IMG/VR virus record: IMGVR_UViG_3300014204_000013
Location: 1 to 64,000 of that record
Length of the DNA stretch: 64,000 nt
Direction: 5' to 3' (one strand)
Origin: a virus
Lineage: Duplodnaviria; Caudoviricetes
The position numbers and the translations under genes were made by a program. Shown piece by piece: positions 28,617 to 39,642 of the stretch. The notes below the pieces were generated by a model that searched no databases, was not told the DNA's origin, and worked only from the letters and a program-made list of their open reading frames with translations. Position 1 is the stretch's first letter, and every line of letters starts with the position of its first letter.

Positions 28617-28856
28617 TTATTCCTTCATGGCATCACAGATACTATTACAGCAGTTACAAACGCTATCTGTTACCTGTTGAATTGGACAAACTTCATCTGT
28701 GTCGTCATTTTGGGAAATGTAACCTGTTTTTTTAAGATGTTCTAGGCATTCCTCTACTATTTCGATAGGTAGTTTTATGTTATTTGCAATTTCTTCTACG
28801 GTTTTGCAGGACGATAGGGCGTTTATTACAATGTTTAGATCTTCTAGGGTAGCCAT
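28617..28856 (-). CDS. Winged-helix protein with a Cys-rich tail (FeoC-like)
   Basis: TVEEIANNIKLPIEIVEECLEHLKKTGYI; CP...CNCCNSIC. Confidence 0.65.
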   Translation of the reverse strand: MATLEDLNIVINALSSCKTVEEIANNIKLPIEIVEECLEHLKKTGYISQNDDTDEVCPIQQVTDSVCNCCNSICDAMKE

Positions 28857-28872
28857 GAAAAAGAATAGGTTA

Positions 28873-28900
28873 GGAACCTATTTAAAGGTTTTGATGGGTT
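28873..28900 (-). promoter_or_regulatory. Archaeal BRE/TATA promoter, identical 28-bp copy 2
   Basis: Exact match to 27108..27135; about 23 nt upstream of ATG 28856. Confidence 0.8.
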
Positions 28901-28999
28901 ATTAAAAGACAGGTGTCGTTTGAAAATTTTGGATCCAGTAAAGCATTGACCATATGGGATGGCCTTAAAAAGTGATAGGTTTCAAACCTATTTAAAAAC

Positions 29000-29830
29000 T
29001 TATGTAGTTACGTGTTTGTCATAATCTTTTAGGAAACTTCGTAGTTCAATCGGAGTTTTAAAAGAAATTTCGTCATCTTTCATAGATCCACCATATTTGA
29101 ATAGTAAGTTATTGAATGTTTTGGTTTTGACAGATCCCGCATTGTTTTTGTCGTATCCTCGCGAATAAGATCCATCGGGATATACCCATATTTTAATGGA
29201 ATTTAGACTTGAGTAATCATTGTTTTTTATATTAGAATTGATAGTGTTAATAGCATTTTTAAATCCTTGATCAGTATCCTTCATTTCTGGATATAATACA
29301 GCTACGATTGCTTCAGTTGATAGTGTTGGGTTGTCTTTAATTAATTTAACTGCAGGTATGGCAATTTTACCAAACTTAATAGATTGTTGTATATATGAGT
29401 CTGGAAATGTGAGAGTACCATTATTTATTATAAGACGATCACTGTTAACGCTCATCGTTTTTAATGGTGTATTTAATTTTGAAGGGAGCTTATATTTATT
29501 TACAATCGATTTGGGTTGAATCTGGTAGTTATCTGTAACTGTTTTGGATGGATTTTTAATTGTATTTAGATTTGATTTTGGAGTAATTGTTATACGGGCA
29601 TTTTGTTTTACTACAGTGGATACGATAATTGGGTTTGCTTTAACTCCAGGAATTGGTGCTGAGGTTTTGATAGCTAAAGGTTTTAAACTAGGATTACGAG
29701 CCATGATACTAGATTGAGATTTAGTTGGAATAATCTTGGTAAGGGAAGACTTTTTAGTTGTACTGCCAACACGTACTGTTGATTTTGACGTTTTAGCTCC
29801 TATTTTAATTGTCATAGTAATAGATATCAT
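29000..29830 (-). CDS. Basic protein carrying the RNPSLKP N-terminal motif
   Basis: MARNPSLKPL..KQNARITITPKSNL shared with 19412..21073 and 31054..39642. Confidence 0.7.
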   Translation of the reverse strand: MISITMTIKIGAKTSKSTVRVGSTTKKSSLTKIIPTKSQSSIMARNPSLKPLAIKTSAPIPGVKANPIIVSTVVKQNARITITPKSNLNTIKNPSKTVTDNYQIQPKSIVNKYKLPSKLNTPLKTMSVNSDRLIINNGTLTFPDSYIQQSIKFGKIAIPAVKLIKDNPTLSTEAIVAVLYPEMKDTDQGFKNAINTINSNIKNNDYSSLNSIKIWVYPDGSYSRGYDKNNAGSVKTKTFNNLLFKYGGSMKDDEISFKTPIELRSFLKDYDKHVTT

Positions 29831-29879
29831 ATACGGATATATAAGCGTAATGGAATATATAGATTTTAAAAAAAAATAT

Positions 29880-31067
29880 CTAAGAAGTACTATTCAGAAT
29901 AGCATCCCATGTTCGAAGATTTCCGATATTAGTAGGCACAACAAACTTAGCCCATAATGTTACCTCTGAACCATTTGCAGGCACGGATACTTGATATTGA
30001 GGCATTCCGGTGTATTCGAAATCACCGGAAGTTCCGTGAAGGATAACTCCCAACCATCCTTTCCATACAGCATTTCCACGATTTCGGACTTTGTACCCGA
30101 ACCATGTCTCTGCAGGTGGTGCCTTCACATAATTACATACAGGTGCTACCATTTCCAGTGTAGCAAGTTTGGTTGCAGGCGCGTTGTTGGATACACAACT
30201 GGATATCTGGACTCCAACCTGTTTTGCAACTATGGATTCAGCCTCGGGATTATATGTCTTAGCCTGGCCTTCCAAAATCATAGTGTTGTTGATATTTATA
30301 TCATCTGGATAATACACTTGGGCGACTTGACGGTTGTAAGAATCCATGCCTTTGATAACCAATCTAACTATAGAACCTGGGGGTATGTGCTCGCCAAGCC
30401 AGGTTTTAGCAGTTCTTCCGGATTGAAATTTTAATTCCGATGAGGATATGCCTTCCAGTCTAACCGTGAATTGAGTTGTTACGCAAAGCTGTCCAACGGG
30501 ACAAATTTGATTAGCTTCAAAGGTATCTCCATCTGTTATTGAGAGAACCCTGGCTGAAATAGTTGATCCGGTTACTGGTGTTACCATTGGTAGACTTGTT
30601 AAATATGTTCCTAAAGATTCATTTATATTTTCTGTACCCTTTGTAATTATGTACGAATTACCCATTGGTGTTAATGTTACATTTGAACCGATTGGTAAAT
30701 GCAGATTTAAGTATGATTCTGCATCTACATCATTATCTTCGGTTGTTACAATTCCATATAATGTTATACTTTTAGGAGTGTAATCACATACGTTTCCTGA
30801 TATGCAATCAAGCAGAACACTTACACTTGTTCCGCTATTTATTGCTACAATTCTAGCAGTTACTTCAATACCTGTTGTAGGGGGTATGTAGGTGCTACCC
30901 AATACTGAAAACATCCAGGATATATCATTAGAATTTACATCTGAGTCATTTTCTAAATCAGATTTGATTGCTTTAAGTAATGCAGTTGAATTTATACGCC
31001 CAGTAGCAAAAAAATTATCGGATAGCCAGGATTTGCGAGTATCGGTTATCATTTTAGACACCTCCAT
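29880..31067 (-). CDS. Protein with two thermonuclease (SNase) folds and a C-terminal Ig-like domain
   Basis: Degenerate first OB fold (VTARIVAINSGTSV); active-looking second copy ITDGDTF..VRLEGI..DSYNRQVAQV. Confidence 0.75.
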   Translation of the reverse strand: MEVSKMITDTRKSWLSDNFFATGRINSTALLKAIKSDLENDSDVNSNDISWMFSVLGSTYIPPTTGIEVTARIVAINSGTSVSVLLDCISGNVCDYTPKSITLYGIVTTEDNDVDAESYLNLHLPIGSNVTLTPMGNSYIITKGTENINESLGTYLTSLPMVTPVTGSTISARVLSITDGDTFEANQICPVGQLCVTTQFTVRLEGISSSELKFQSGRTAKTWLGEHIPPGSIVRLVIKGMDSYNRQVAQVYYPDDININNTMILEGQAKTYNPEAESIVAKQVGVQISSCVSNNAPATKLATLEMVAPVCNYVKAPPAETWFGYKVRNRGNAVWKGWLGVILHGTSGDFEYTGMPQYQVSVPANGSEVTLWAKFVVPTNIGNLRTWDAILNSTS

Positions 31068-34000
31068 ATGCAGTAATTAAGTTTAATACATCGATAGCTG
31101 TAAATGTCCAGGTTCCGGTTATAGTAGGACTGGCTGCAGCTTTTGCTGCAGTAGCTAATGCATTGTCAGATTGAGATATCGCATATGCATATACGATATG
31201 ATCTGGATTCAGCGCATTATCCCCACCAACTGCATTTATAAATTGCTCTGCTTTGGTTAAAGTGGTTCCAGAGGATGGGTAAAGGGTGACAGATTTACGA
31301 GCTATGCTTCCGGCGTAAACTTGTACAGGGATCGTATATGACTTGTAGCCAGACTTTTGGATGGTTACGGTATGAACTCCTGCTTCGACCTCAATTATTA
31401 CGTCTGTGTCGCCTATCTTTGCACCATTTTCATAGACTTCAGCACCCAGGCCTGCGGTGTCGATGAAGATTCCGGTTTGGCCGGTTGATTTGGAGTATGA
31501 GCTTCCACCGCTCTTTGAAGAATATCCGCTACCACTACCGCCACTTTTTGATCCGGTAGATGAACAGTTGTAAGTACATGCCCAATTATCTTCTTTTGAT
31601 AAGAAACCTGTTATGTCTTTTCCACCGCTATTTATGTATTCTGCATATTTTCCTGTATCTAGTGTGTATTCTGCACCTCCCTCAGATGACTTCTTTTGGT
31701 TGATATCATATTGGCCTGTTACTGGATTTAGCAGTTTTCCACTTTGAATTATGCTTGAAGTGTGTGGATATCCAGTATCATCTATCCAAGATACCGTATT
31801 ACCGGATGCAGTCAATTTAAATTTGGATGGATCATTTTGCCTAGCAGTAAATGCAGCAGCTTGGGCTGCCGGCATAAATTGCTCTATTCTGGCACCAGAG
31901 TCAACCATTCCATTGGCTTTGTACTCATTGATTTTTTTAGCTAACTGTTCGGGATCACTTATAGTAGCTAAATCCGCAGCAACCATTTTATTGATTGCTT
32001 CTGCTGGAAATAAGGCTTTCATTTGGGCTGCTGTCATGTCTGGGTATGCTGTTTTGAGTTTTGCTGCATCTAAACTCCCATCTGGCTTAATAAATGCAGA
32101 TCTCCAAACCTGAGCATCACCAGGCTGGGTGCCTCCGAAAGTTGCATATCGTGTCAATGCATCCATTGTAGTTGGAGCTACAGCTATTGTAGCCGTTTGA
32201 TCAGAATTTAAACCAGTTAATGCTGTTCCTGGGGATGCACCAGTTGGGGGTAATGTTCCATCTTTAGCAGTGAGTGCTTTAGTATAAGCTTGTAATGCCA
32301 TTTCAGATGTTGCCCCGCCCTTTACGACCTGGGCGTAAGCTGCACTAAAATCGTCCGTTAAAATCTTTTTGGCACCTTGGTTAGCGGCTGCCTGCATATG
32401 TCCCAGACCTACTTGAACTGCCAAAGCTGGGTCCGTTATGCCAAGACCCTGAGCGATCATATTGTTTGGGCCTATACTCCCGTCCGGTTGGATATCATAG
32501 ACTCTACCAGTGAAATCTGCATCCCAATATTGAACTTTATCGGGGTTGGCTGCAAAATAAGCTGGCCATTCGCTTTCTGGACGAATTTTACCCCAACATC
32601 CAGGACCTTGGGTACATCCTACGTCTGGTATCCATAGACCAGCATTGGTGATTTTTCCGAGTTTGTCTTTTATTTGTGCGTTTGCTGCATAATCCATGTA
32701 CCATTTGAAACCAATAGCTGCAGGAAACAGCATGGAAAAACCAGGGATATTTTCCAATGCCCAATCAAATGGAGCAAGCATATCATTTATTTTATTCATT
32801 GCGGGTAGACCAGTTTCATTCATCTGTTTGGCAAATTGATCTATAGGTGAATTGAATCCAACCATCTGAATCAAAGACTGGGTGCCTTCTTCTGCAGCGA
32901 AGTAAATGAAGAATGCACCGTTTACTGCTAAATAAGTTGCTACTACCCCAGTTACTGCTCTTAGTTTATGAGTGGCTACCCATTTAGCTGCTTTTCCAGC
33001 AGATCCGATTACAGTTCCTCGAATGAACCTACTGAATGTGCTTCTGGGCAATGTTGCTTGAATTTCGGCTAGTTTTTCCATATCTTCGATAGTGTAGATC
33101 CGTTTGGTGTAAAGCTGATCTACGAAATCTTTAGCGCCTTTACTTAGGTTTGCAAATTTTGGATCGGATTTTACAGATGCGATAATTGCATCTTGAGCAG
33201 CCTTTTGGAATTGAGTTGCAACGTCTGGATTGATATCGTAAACTTTATTGAAAGCTTCATCTGCAAATTTTTCATCTTTCAATGCAGTTTTGACATCGGT
33301 ATCTGATAGCAACTTTCGAAGCTCTGATGTTTTGTCTGCAATAGATGAATCTAATATGCTGTTGATCTTCATTCTTCCAAGATCGGAGCTTACTGATATC
33401 CCCTCATAGGCTTTTGCATTATCAAATATACGTTCCATTTGCTGGTAATCCGTTTGACTGAGTGCTCTGGTCTTTGCTTTGCTTATTAGTTCTTGATCAG
33501 ATCTTGTCATCTTTGTGATGGTACTATCTGTAATACGATTAGCAGCACCCTGGTAGTTAAGGCCCATGATCTTTTCTGCCTGGGAGCGATCACTGCCGAG
33601 CTTTGATGCAATTTTGGATGCTAGATCTTCTGCTTCTGATCGGGACATGTTTTGAATTGTCTCGATAAGGGCTTCATCTTTGGATATTAGGTTTTCAAAT
33701 GCCTTTTTACCTTCTGAAACTGGTAAATTGTTTAATTCGGTAAGCAATTCGTTGATTTTACCAGTACCTGTTCTGATGTTGGATGCTTTGGCCTTTGAGA
33801 TAGCCAAATCGTCCCATTGGGCTTTATTATATGCTTTAAGTTTAGATTCTGCTGCAGTCAGCCTTCCTTTGGCAGCTACTTTTTCAGCAGCCAAAGCTTT
33901 GTTTTTTGGATCTGCGGATGCCTTTGCTGAAGCTGTAGCGTAATCATCGCTAAGTTTAGCTACCTCGTCTGCTGAATTGATGATATTAGATCTGGTTGCT

Positions 34001-37000
34001 TCAAGCTTTGCTGCAGCTTCAGAATATTCAGATGCTAATGTAGTCGGGGATATTGTTTCGGAAATAGTCTGGGGTATTTCTTGTACGGCAGGTTCTGGTA
34101 TTATTTCTGTTTGTATTGATTCTTCTGGTGATGATCTGAGATTGTCGATCATGTTTGATCGGGATTCATCTAAATATTTTGTGAGATATGGTAGATCATC
34201 GCCTGATAGGTTCCGTATTTCGTTAGCATTGGATTCTATGAATGTTCTAAATTCATCTGCACCCAGGGCCTGGATATCTGTGCCGGCCAGGCCTACAACT
34301 CGGATGGCATCACGTTCAATTACGTTCACGGTTTTTCCGAGCTGGAAAGCTCCGGATTTGCTTGCTTCTCGAACTGTGCTCCAAACTAGACCGCTGGGGG
34401 TCATGAGATCGATTTTAACGAACTCTTGAGTCATGTCGCTGGTTAAACCACCAGAACTGGTTAGACCTGACCATTCTGCCTCTGAAGCAGCATATGGGTC
34501 AGCCTTAGTGATAGATATGACTTTGCTTCCATCTGCATCTGCTGGTATTTGGAATTGAGTTTGAACATTGGTTGGTTTTTCCCAGAAGTACATATCGATT
34601 GGTTTTACTGCAAAGTTGATTGCTTCGTCTGCAGTAGTTATTAGATCGCTTTTTCGGATAAATGAAATTGATCCTTCTGGTGATTTAACTATCCAACCGG
34701 GAAGTTTTTTGTATGTATATTCGACAGCTAGAGCACCATCACTTCCTGCAGTAAATACGCCACTGTTGAATGATTTGGCAAATGCAGTTTCCATAGTCGA
34801 TGATGTAGGTGATTTTGGGGTTGAAATTAGGATGTCACTATACTTGTTATTTCCAAGTACCAATTCAGCCAGTCCATAATCTGAATTTTGCGAAGTCCAC
34901 CAGGTGGGCATTTCGGATATGAGAGATTTGGCTGATTTAAGGGCTTCTACGATTTTGTCCCAGGTTTGGGTTGCTTGGAGAGTCCAGGACCCTTTCAAAG
35001 AGTTGAATTTATTTAACAGGTTTGAAATGGTACTAGGTTCTCCTGCATAATATCCTAGTTCGGCTTGGATGATATTTTTGCTTTCATCTGGGATGGTGGT
35101 GTATTCATCCATAGCAAGCAATTTTCCAATGTTCTCTTCAGCTTTGGTTTGATGAACGATTATTTCTTTTTCAGGTGGTAGACCGGATAATTTGATTTCT
35201 GAATCCGACATCTGGCTAATTGCATCTCTATTGCCAGTTACCATGTTTTCGAAATCATTCATTGGCATGAGATTGGCTGAAGTTTCTCCTCCGGTAGCTG
35301 CATCGAAGGCTGCCTGGCCCTCTGGTGACATTTGAGATCTGAGGAATTGTGCTCGGGATATCTCGGCTTCAGTTAGAGATTCACCGTTCTTGGCTTTGAC
35401 TAGAATCTGGGTGTCTGATTCGGATTTTATGATTCGGTCAAAGTCAGAAGTTTGCACAAATTGGTCCCAGGCGCTTAGGGTTTGTTCGGCACCACCAGTC
35501 CTGGTTGCCACTTGAGCAACTGAATTATCATAGGCATACTGCAGGTTTGGAACATATGATGAATAATCTGATGGGGTTTGATAGGTTGAAACTTGCGTTG
35601 GGGTGGGTGTATTTCGGGCAGCAAGGTATGCAGCATATTCATCTGGTGTTTGTCTTACATTGGTATATGGGTTTAGGATTGAGAATGTTCCATCAGAATT
35701 CTTAAAGTAGTAATATCCTTCTGGGTTCCAGATGGGTGTTTCTGCCGATCCGATTAGCTTAACATAGACATCTTTTTCCAGCCAGTTTCCAGTCTGTGGG
35801 TCCATGTATTGGACTGCCTTAGTAGCATCGTTGGTTCTGATTCTGGCATTATTCATAGAGCTGTCTACGCCATATGTGAATGTTGGGTTGTTGAGTGCGA
35901 TGGCGGCCCGTTCTGCGTCTAACTGGGCCTTTGTCACCCAACCCCCTGCAGAGTCCTGGTACATGGTTACGTCATATAATCCCGTAGTTGGATTTTTAGT
36001 TAGTTTGGTGTAAGTATTGGTGGTTGCATCATATTTGGCTCTGCGGGCTTCATTACGGGTGGTTAAGAGTGATTCGTACTCTTTGGTAGACATTATTGCA
36101 CTGGTTTCGGGATCTTTAACTTCCCACGTTTTTCCACCATCTAGACTGCGGATTTCAGCTCCCCAATCCGAATTCATGGTCCAGGTTGAGTAATCTGTTG
36201 CCCCAGTGGTAGTTCCTCCACTATAACCTTCACTACCGCCCATTCCTCCACTGCCTTCTCCACCCATGCCGCCGCTACCTTCCCCATACATATCTTCGGC
36301 CCTGGCTGCCCATTCTGCTTCTTCAGAGGCTAGAGTGGGTTCCGCACCATTGGATGCTATTTTAGTTTCATAGTCGGATTGAGCTGCGGCTTGCTTAATT
36401 TCGTCAGTGAGTGTTGCGGTAGGAGCTTTAACTGATACTGTTCCTTTAAGTCCAGATTCCGGATCCGCCCAGGATACATGAAATACGTTATCAGCTTCAT
36501 TTACGGACGAAGTTAATTTTACAACACTTGCATGCCCAGTTTCATCTACTTCTTGTACACTCAATATTCCTTTTACATTTGGATCATAGTCTTCAGCAAC
36601 GGAAAGGAATCTAGGGTTGGTTTTACTGCCATAGTTGATGTATTTTTGACCATCGGCACCTCTATATACACCTTGACCGAGATCTTCTGTAAGTTGTATA
36701 TCATTTGCAGTTAATGGTTTGTATTCTGTAGGACTACTTCCATATTTTGCAACATCTTTTGCAATAGACTCTTCTAATTGTTTTAGTGATGCTGCAGTGG
36801 TTTCACTTATGCTTTTGGTTGGTGTAACTGTCGATGTAGATTGTTTAACTTTAATTTTTCCATCAGGACCCATTTCCAAAGTAGCCTTGGGTGTTTCGAA
36901 TTTGGTGGATTCAGATGATATTGTCTTGGTTTTTGGGGTTCTAGAAAGATCAGATTCGATATCAAAGGTTTCTTTACCGATGGTTGCTTTAATTTTAGAA

Positions 37001-39642
37001 GTTGCAGGGTCTATTGACGCTTTGCCTACTTCTATTCCATTTTCTAATATTTTTCCTTCTCGGGTTAATTCTAATGCTTTTGCAGCCAGTTTTCCAGTAG
37101 TGGTGACTGGTTTCATTGGAATTAATCCAGCTAAAACTAGGTTTGCACCAGGACTTAGTGTTACTGCGTCATAGAATAATGAAATCGCATCAATAGAATG
37201 TGCATTTCCAAAATCTTCCATATTTTCAAAGGTATTTATGTTAAATCGAAGATCTGGATTGTTTGAATTTAAGTCTCGGTTATATTGTTCTAATTCGGTT
37301 TTACTCATGGCACTTTGGATAACTGGTTCAAATTTATCACCCAATTCCTGGGAGATTTTATTTCTCAATTGAGTATCGGTTGATGCTCCTAATAGAACTC
37401 TCGGATTGCTTTTTGCAATTTTATCTAAATCAGATGCACTTGCAGATTTGATTGCATCTGAAAATATCTCATATGAAGTTACTCCACCTACAGACGGGAT
37501 ATTTCTAAGGGATACGCCGGGTGCAGTTAATTGTTTAAGAATCATGTCCTTTGCAAGTATTCCTTCTACAGTATCCTGTAACTCATATCCATTTGGGTAT
37601 TCTGGTCTATTTACTTTTCCGAATAAATTGCCTAGATAGGATACGGTTTTTCCTATGATACTTGTATCTTGTGATTCCGCTGCTTGTTTTTGGGCAGCCG
37701 TTAGAGGAACAATTTTACCAAGTCCTGCCTGTACCATTCTTTCTTCATATGGTAGGAGCGCAGTTTTAGCTTCGGTTATAAGACTACCAGGTTCCCCGAA
37801 ATCTGCAACTGGAACACTTGCAACGGGCGCGGTGGCTATCTTTTCAAGTACTTTTGTACCCAAATCGGCGGTTTCGGCTTCGGTAAGTCCAATAAATTTG
37901 GCTTTGGCTAATGCCCATTCAGGTACTGCAGTAGGTATATTATTTGAATTTTTTACAACTGTAGGTTCTACATAAAATAGGCTTTTATCGATTACTGCAT
38001 CTGGTCTATATGATTTTAAATCTAATGTGATTTTTCCAGTTTCTTTTCCCGCATTAACACCTGCGCCGCTTCCTAATGTTTGTGGTACTATTCCCATTTT
38101 TCCACTGGCCATCGCAGTGGCCATTTGGGTATCAGACCAACCAGTGGCTTTTAATGAAGTATATACGTCTGGATCAACTTTAACAATTGTTCCAGTACTA
38201 GATTTTATCGATATTGCGTTTTTAATAGTTGATTTTGATGATATTACATCATTTCCAATTGAGCCTGTGTTATCAAAATCCAATGCTCCTGCAGCTTGGG
38301 CTTCTGCTTTAGTTCTTGCATCTTTTTGAGCTTGGGTTTCGGGTTCTGCTTTTTTAGTAGTGCTGGGTTTGGATGGTGCTTTAGTTTTATCATTGGTAAT
38401 AGATCCGGGTGGGTTAGCTGCAGGAATGGCATCTGATTTTCCAGAACTTTTCTTAATGTCTTGAATGGTTTTTTCTAACGGGGTTGGATTTACCAAATCG
38501 AATCCGGGTATATTCATTGATTCAGTTCCACCCACGCTCATGATACCCAATTTGGTTTTACCGGCTTCTATTCGGGCATTGGCTGCAGCAGTCGCACCAT
38601 TTTTGACAATGCTCGACAATTTTGATATTAGGGCTTCGTGGTCATTCTTGACCGTGGCATCCGATGCAATTTTCATGTTTATTACGTTATCATTTGCCAC
38701 TGAAGCTACGGTTTTTAGATTTCGTGCATCTGACGTAGATGCCGCCTTTTTCATTCCAGACGTAACCAAATTCGATATGGATTTTATTGCATTTATTGCG
38801 GTTATATTGTTTACCTCATTGGTAGCAACGGATTTAGTGGTAATTGTGTTAATTCTAGCCTTTGATAATGTGGATAAAGAGGATAGTTGTGGAGCAATGA
38901 GCTGATTAAAATTCTCTGAAGCGTTTTGACCACTTAATGCCTTTGCCACTATGGAATTTATTTTAGCGGTAACATCTTCATTGTCTGCTATTTTTGCACC
39001 ATTTACCCAATTAAGGTCAGTACGACCTGCAATAGTAGCTGATGCTTTGTTTGCAACGTCTACTATTTTTTTAACTGTATCGTTGATGGTGGGTGATAAT
39101 GTGGGAATTGTAACGGTTGGTGTGTTAAGTAAGCTATTGGTGGGGATGGTTGTTATTTTAGGAGCAGATGCTTTTGATTCTGCTAATATAGCTGCAAGGG
39201 TTTGAGTTACAGTCGGTGCGGGTGGTTTGACAGGTTCAACTACTCCGGGTACACTGGATAGCTGAATTGCTATTGGTTTAACTGAAACTGGTGATAAATT
39301 TTCCTGTAAAGTAAGATTGGTTCGAGCATTACTAACTTGTACTGCTGTTTGTAAGGTTTTATTTACTACTACAGATGGGATAGGAGTTGGTGTTTTTACC
39401 GTAGTAAGAGGTTTTAAACTTGGATTACGATCAATTAATGTTTGCTGCGCCGAGGATACCGACGCGGTGGGTGTAGGAACTAACCTAGTCTGTGTAACGT
39501 ATGATACACCAGAAGGAGCAGCTACTGCAGGCCTGGAAACCGCAGGTGGATTATATACCGATACAGGAGTTGAAGATTTAATTCCAGAGGACCCGCCAAT
39601 GGAAACTGTAGCTCTGGATCCTCCACTAAGTTGGATTACCAT
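31054..39642 (-). CDS. Giant 2862-aa protein with RNPSLKP N-terminus, hydrophobic segments and a C-terminal PEGA domain
   Basis: A/S/T-rich; LRAVTGVVATYLAVNGAFFIYF segment; PEGA GAEVYENGAKIGDT..GVHTVTIQKSGYKSY. Confidence 0.8.
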   Translation of the reverse strand: MVIQLSGGSRATVSIGGSSGIKSSTPVSVYNPPAVSRPAVAAPSGVSYVTQTRLVPTPTASVSSAQQTLIDRNPSLKPLTTVKTPTPIPSVVVNKTLQTAVQVSNARTNLTLQENLSPVSVKPIAIQLSSVPGVVEPVKPPAPTVTQTLAAILAESKASAPKITTIPTNSLLNTPTVTIPTLSPTINDTVKKIVDVANKASATIAGRTDLNWVNGAKIADNEDVTAKINSIVAKALSGQNASENFNQLIAPQLSSLSTLSKARINTITTKSVATNEVNNITAINAIKSISNLVTSGMKKAASTSDARNLKTVASVANDNVINMKIASDATVKNDHEALISKLSSIVKNGATAAANARIEAGKTKLGIMSVGGTESMNIPGFDLVNPTPLEKTIQDIKKSSGKSDAIPAANPPGSITNDKTKAPSKPSTTKKAEPETQAQKDARTKAEAQAAGALDFDNTGSIGNDVISSKSTIKNAISIKSSTGTIVKVDPDVYTSLKATGWSDTQMATAMASGKMGIVPQTLGSGAGVNAGKETGKITLDLKSYRPDAVIDKSLFYVEPTVVKNSNNIPTAVPEWALAKAKFIGLTEAETADLGTKVLEKIATAPVASVPVADFGEPGSLITEAKTALLPYEERMVQAGLGKIVPLTAAQKQAAESQDTSIIGKTVSYLGNLFGKVNRPEYPNGYELQDTVEGILAKDMILKQLTAPGVSLRNIPSVGGVTSYEIFSDAIKSASASDLDKIAKSNPRVLLGASTDTQLRNKISQELGDKFEPVIQSAMSKTELEQYNRDLNSNNPDLRFNINTFENMEDFGNAHSIDAISLFYDAVTLSPGANLVLAGLIPMKPVTTTGKLAAKALELTREGKILENGIEVGKASIDPATSKIKATIGKETFDIESDLSRTPKTKTISSESTKFETPKATLEMGPDGKIKVKQSTSTVTPTKSISETTAASLKQLEESIAKDVAKYGSSPTEYKPLTANDIQLTEDLGQGVYRGADGQKYINYGSKTNPRFLSVAEDYDPNVKGILSVQEVDETGHASVVKLTSSVNEADNVFHVSWADPESGLKGTVSVKAPTATLTDEIKQAAAQSDYETKIASNGAEPTLASEEAEWAARAEDMYGEGSGGMGGEGSGGMGGSEGYSGGTTTGATDYSTWTMNSDWGAEIRSLDGGKTWEVKDPETSAIMSTKEYESLLTTRNEARRAKYDATTNTYTKLTKNPTTGLYDVTMYQDSAGGWVTKAQLDAERAAIALNNPTFTYGVDSSMNNARIRTNDATKAVQYMDPQTGNWLEKDVYVKLIGSAETPIWNPEGYYYFKNSDGTFSILNPYTNVRQTPDEYAAYLAARNTPTPTQVSTYQTPSDYSSYVPNLQYAYDNSVAQVATRTGGAEQTLSAWDQFVQTSDFDRIIKSESDTQILVKAKNGESLTEAEISRAQFLRSQMSPEGQAAFDAATGGETSANLMPMNDFENMVTGNRDAISQMSDSEIKLSGLPPEKEIIVHQTKAEENIGKLLAMDEYTTIPDESKNIIQAELGYYAGEPSTISNLLNKFNSLKGSWTLQATQTWDKIVEALKSAKSLISEMPTWWTSQNSDYGLAELVLGNNKYSDILISTPKSPTSSTMETAFAKSFNSGVFTAGSDGALAVEYTYKKLPGWIVKSPEGSISFIRKSDLITTADEAINFAVKPIDMYFWEKPTNVQTQFQIPADADGSKVISITKADPYAASEAEWSGLTSSGGLTSDMTQEFVKIDLMTPSGLVWSTVREASKSGAFQLGKTVNVIERDAIRVVGLAGTDIQALGADEFRTFIESNANEIRNLSGDDLPYLTKYLDESRSNMIDNLRSSPEESIQTEIIPEPAVQEIPQTISETISPTTLASEYSEAAAKLEATRSNIINSADEVAKLSDDYATASAKASADPKNKALAAEKVAAKGRLTAAESKLKAYNKAQWDDLAISKAKASNIRTGTGKINELLTELNNLPVSEGKKAFENLISKDEALIETIQNMSRSEAEDLASKIASKLGSDRSQAEKIMGLNYQGAANRITDSTITKMTRSDQELISKAKTRALSQTDYQQMERIFDNAKAYEGISVSSDLGRMKINSILDSSIADKTSELRKLLSDTDVKTALKDEKFADEAFNKVYDINPDVATQFQKAAQDAIIASVKSDPKFANLSKGAKDFVDQLYTKRIYTIEDMEKLAEIQATLPRSTFSRFIRGTVIGSAGKAAKWVATHKLRAVTGVVATYLAVNGAFFIYFAAEEGTQSLIQMVGFNSPIDQFAKQMNETGLPAMNKINDMLAPFDWALENIPGFSMLFPAAIGFKWYMDYAANAQIKDKLGKITNAGLWIPDVGCTQGPGCWGKIRPESEWPAYFAANPDKVQYWDADFTGRVYDIQPDGSIGPNNMIAQGLGITDPALAVQVGLGHMQAAANQGAKKILTDDFSAAYAQVVKGGATSEMALQAYTKALTAKDGTLPPTGASPGTALTGLNSDQTATIAVAPTTMDALTRYATFGGTQPGDAQVWRSAFIKPDGSLDAAKLKTAYPDMTAAQMKALFPAEAINKMVAADLATISDPEQLAKKINEYKANGMVDSGARIEQFMPAAQAAAFTARQNDPSKFKLTASGNTVSWIDDTGYPHTSSIIQSGKLLNPVTGQYDINQKKSSEGGAEYTLDTGKYAEYINSGGKDITGFLSKEDNWACTYNCSSTGSKSGGSGSGYSSKSGGSSYSKSTGQTGIFIDTAGLGAEVYENGAKIGDTDVIIEVEAGVHTVTIQKSGYKSYTIPVQVYAGSIARKSVTLYPSSGTTLTKAEQFINAVGGDNALNPDHIVYAYAISQSDNALATAAKAAASPTITGTWTFTAIDVLNLITAYGGV

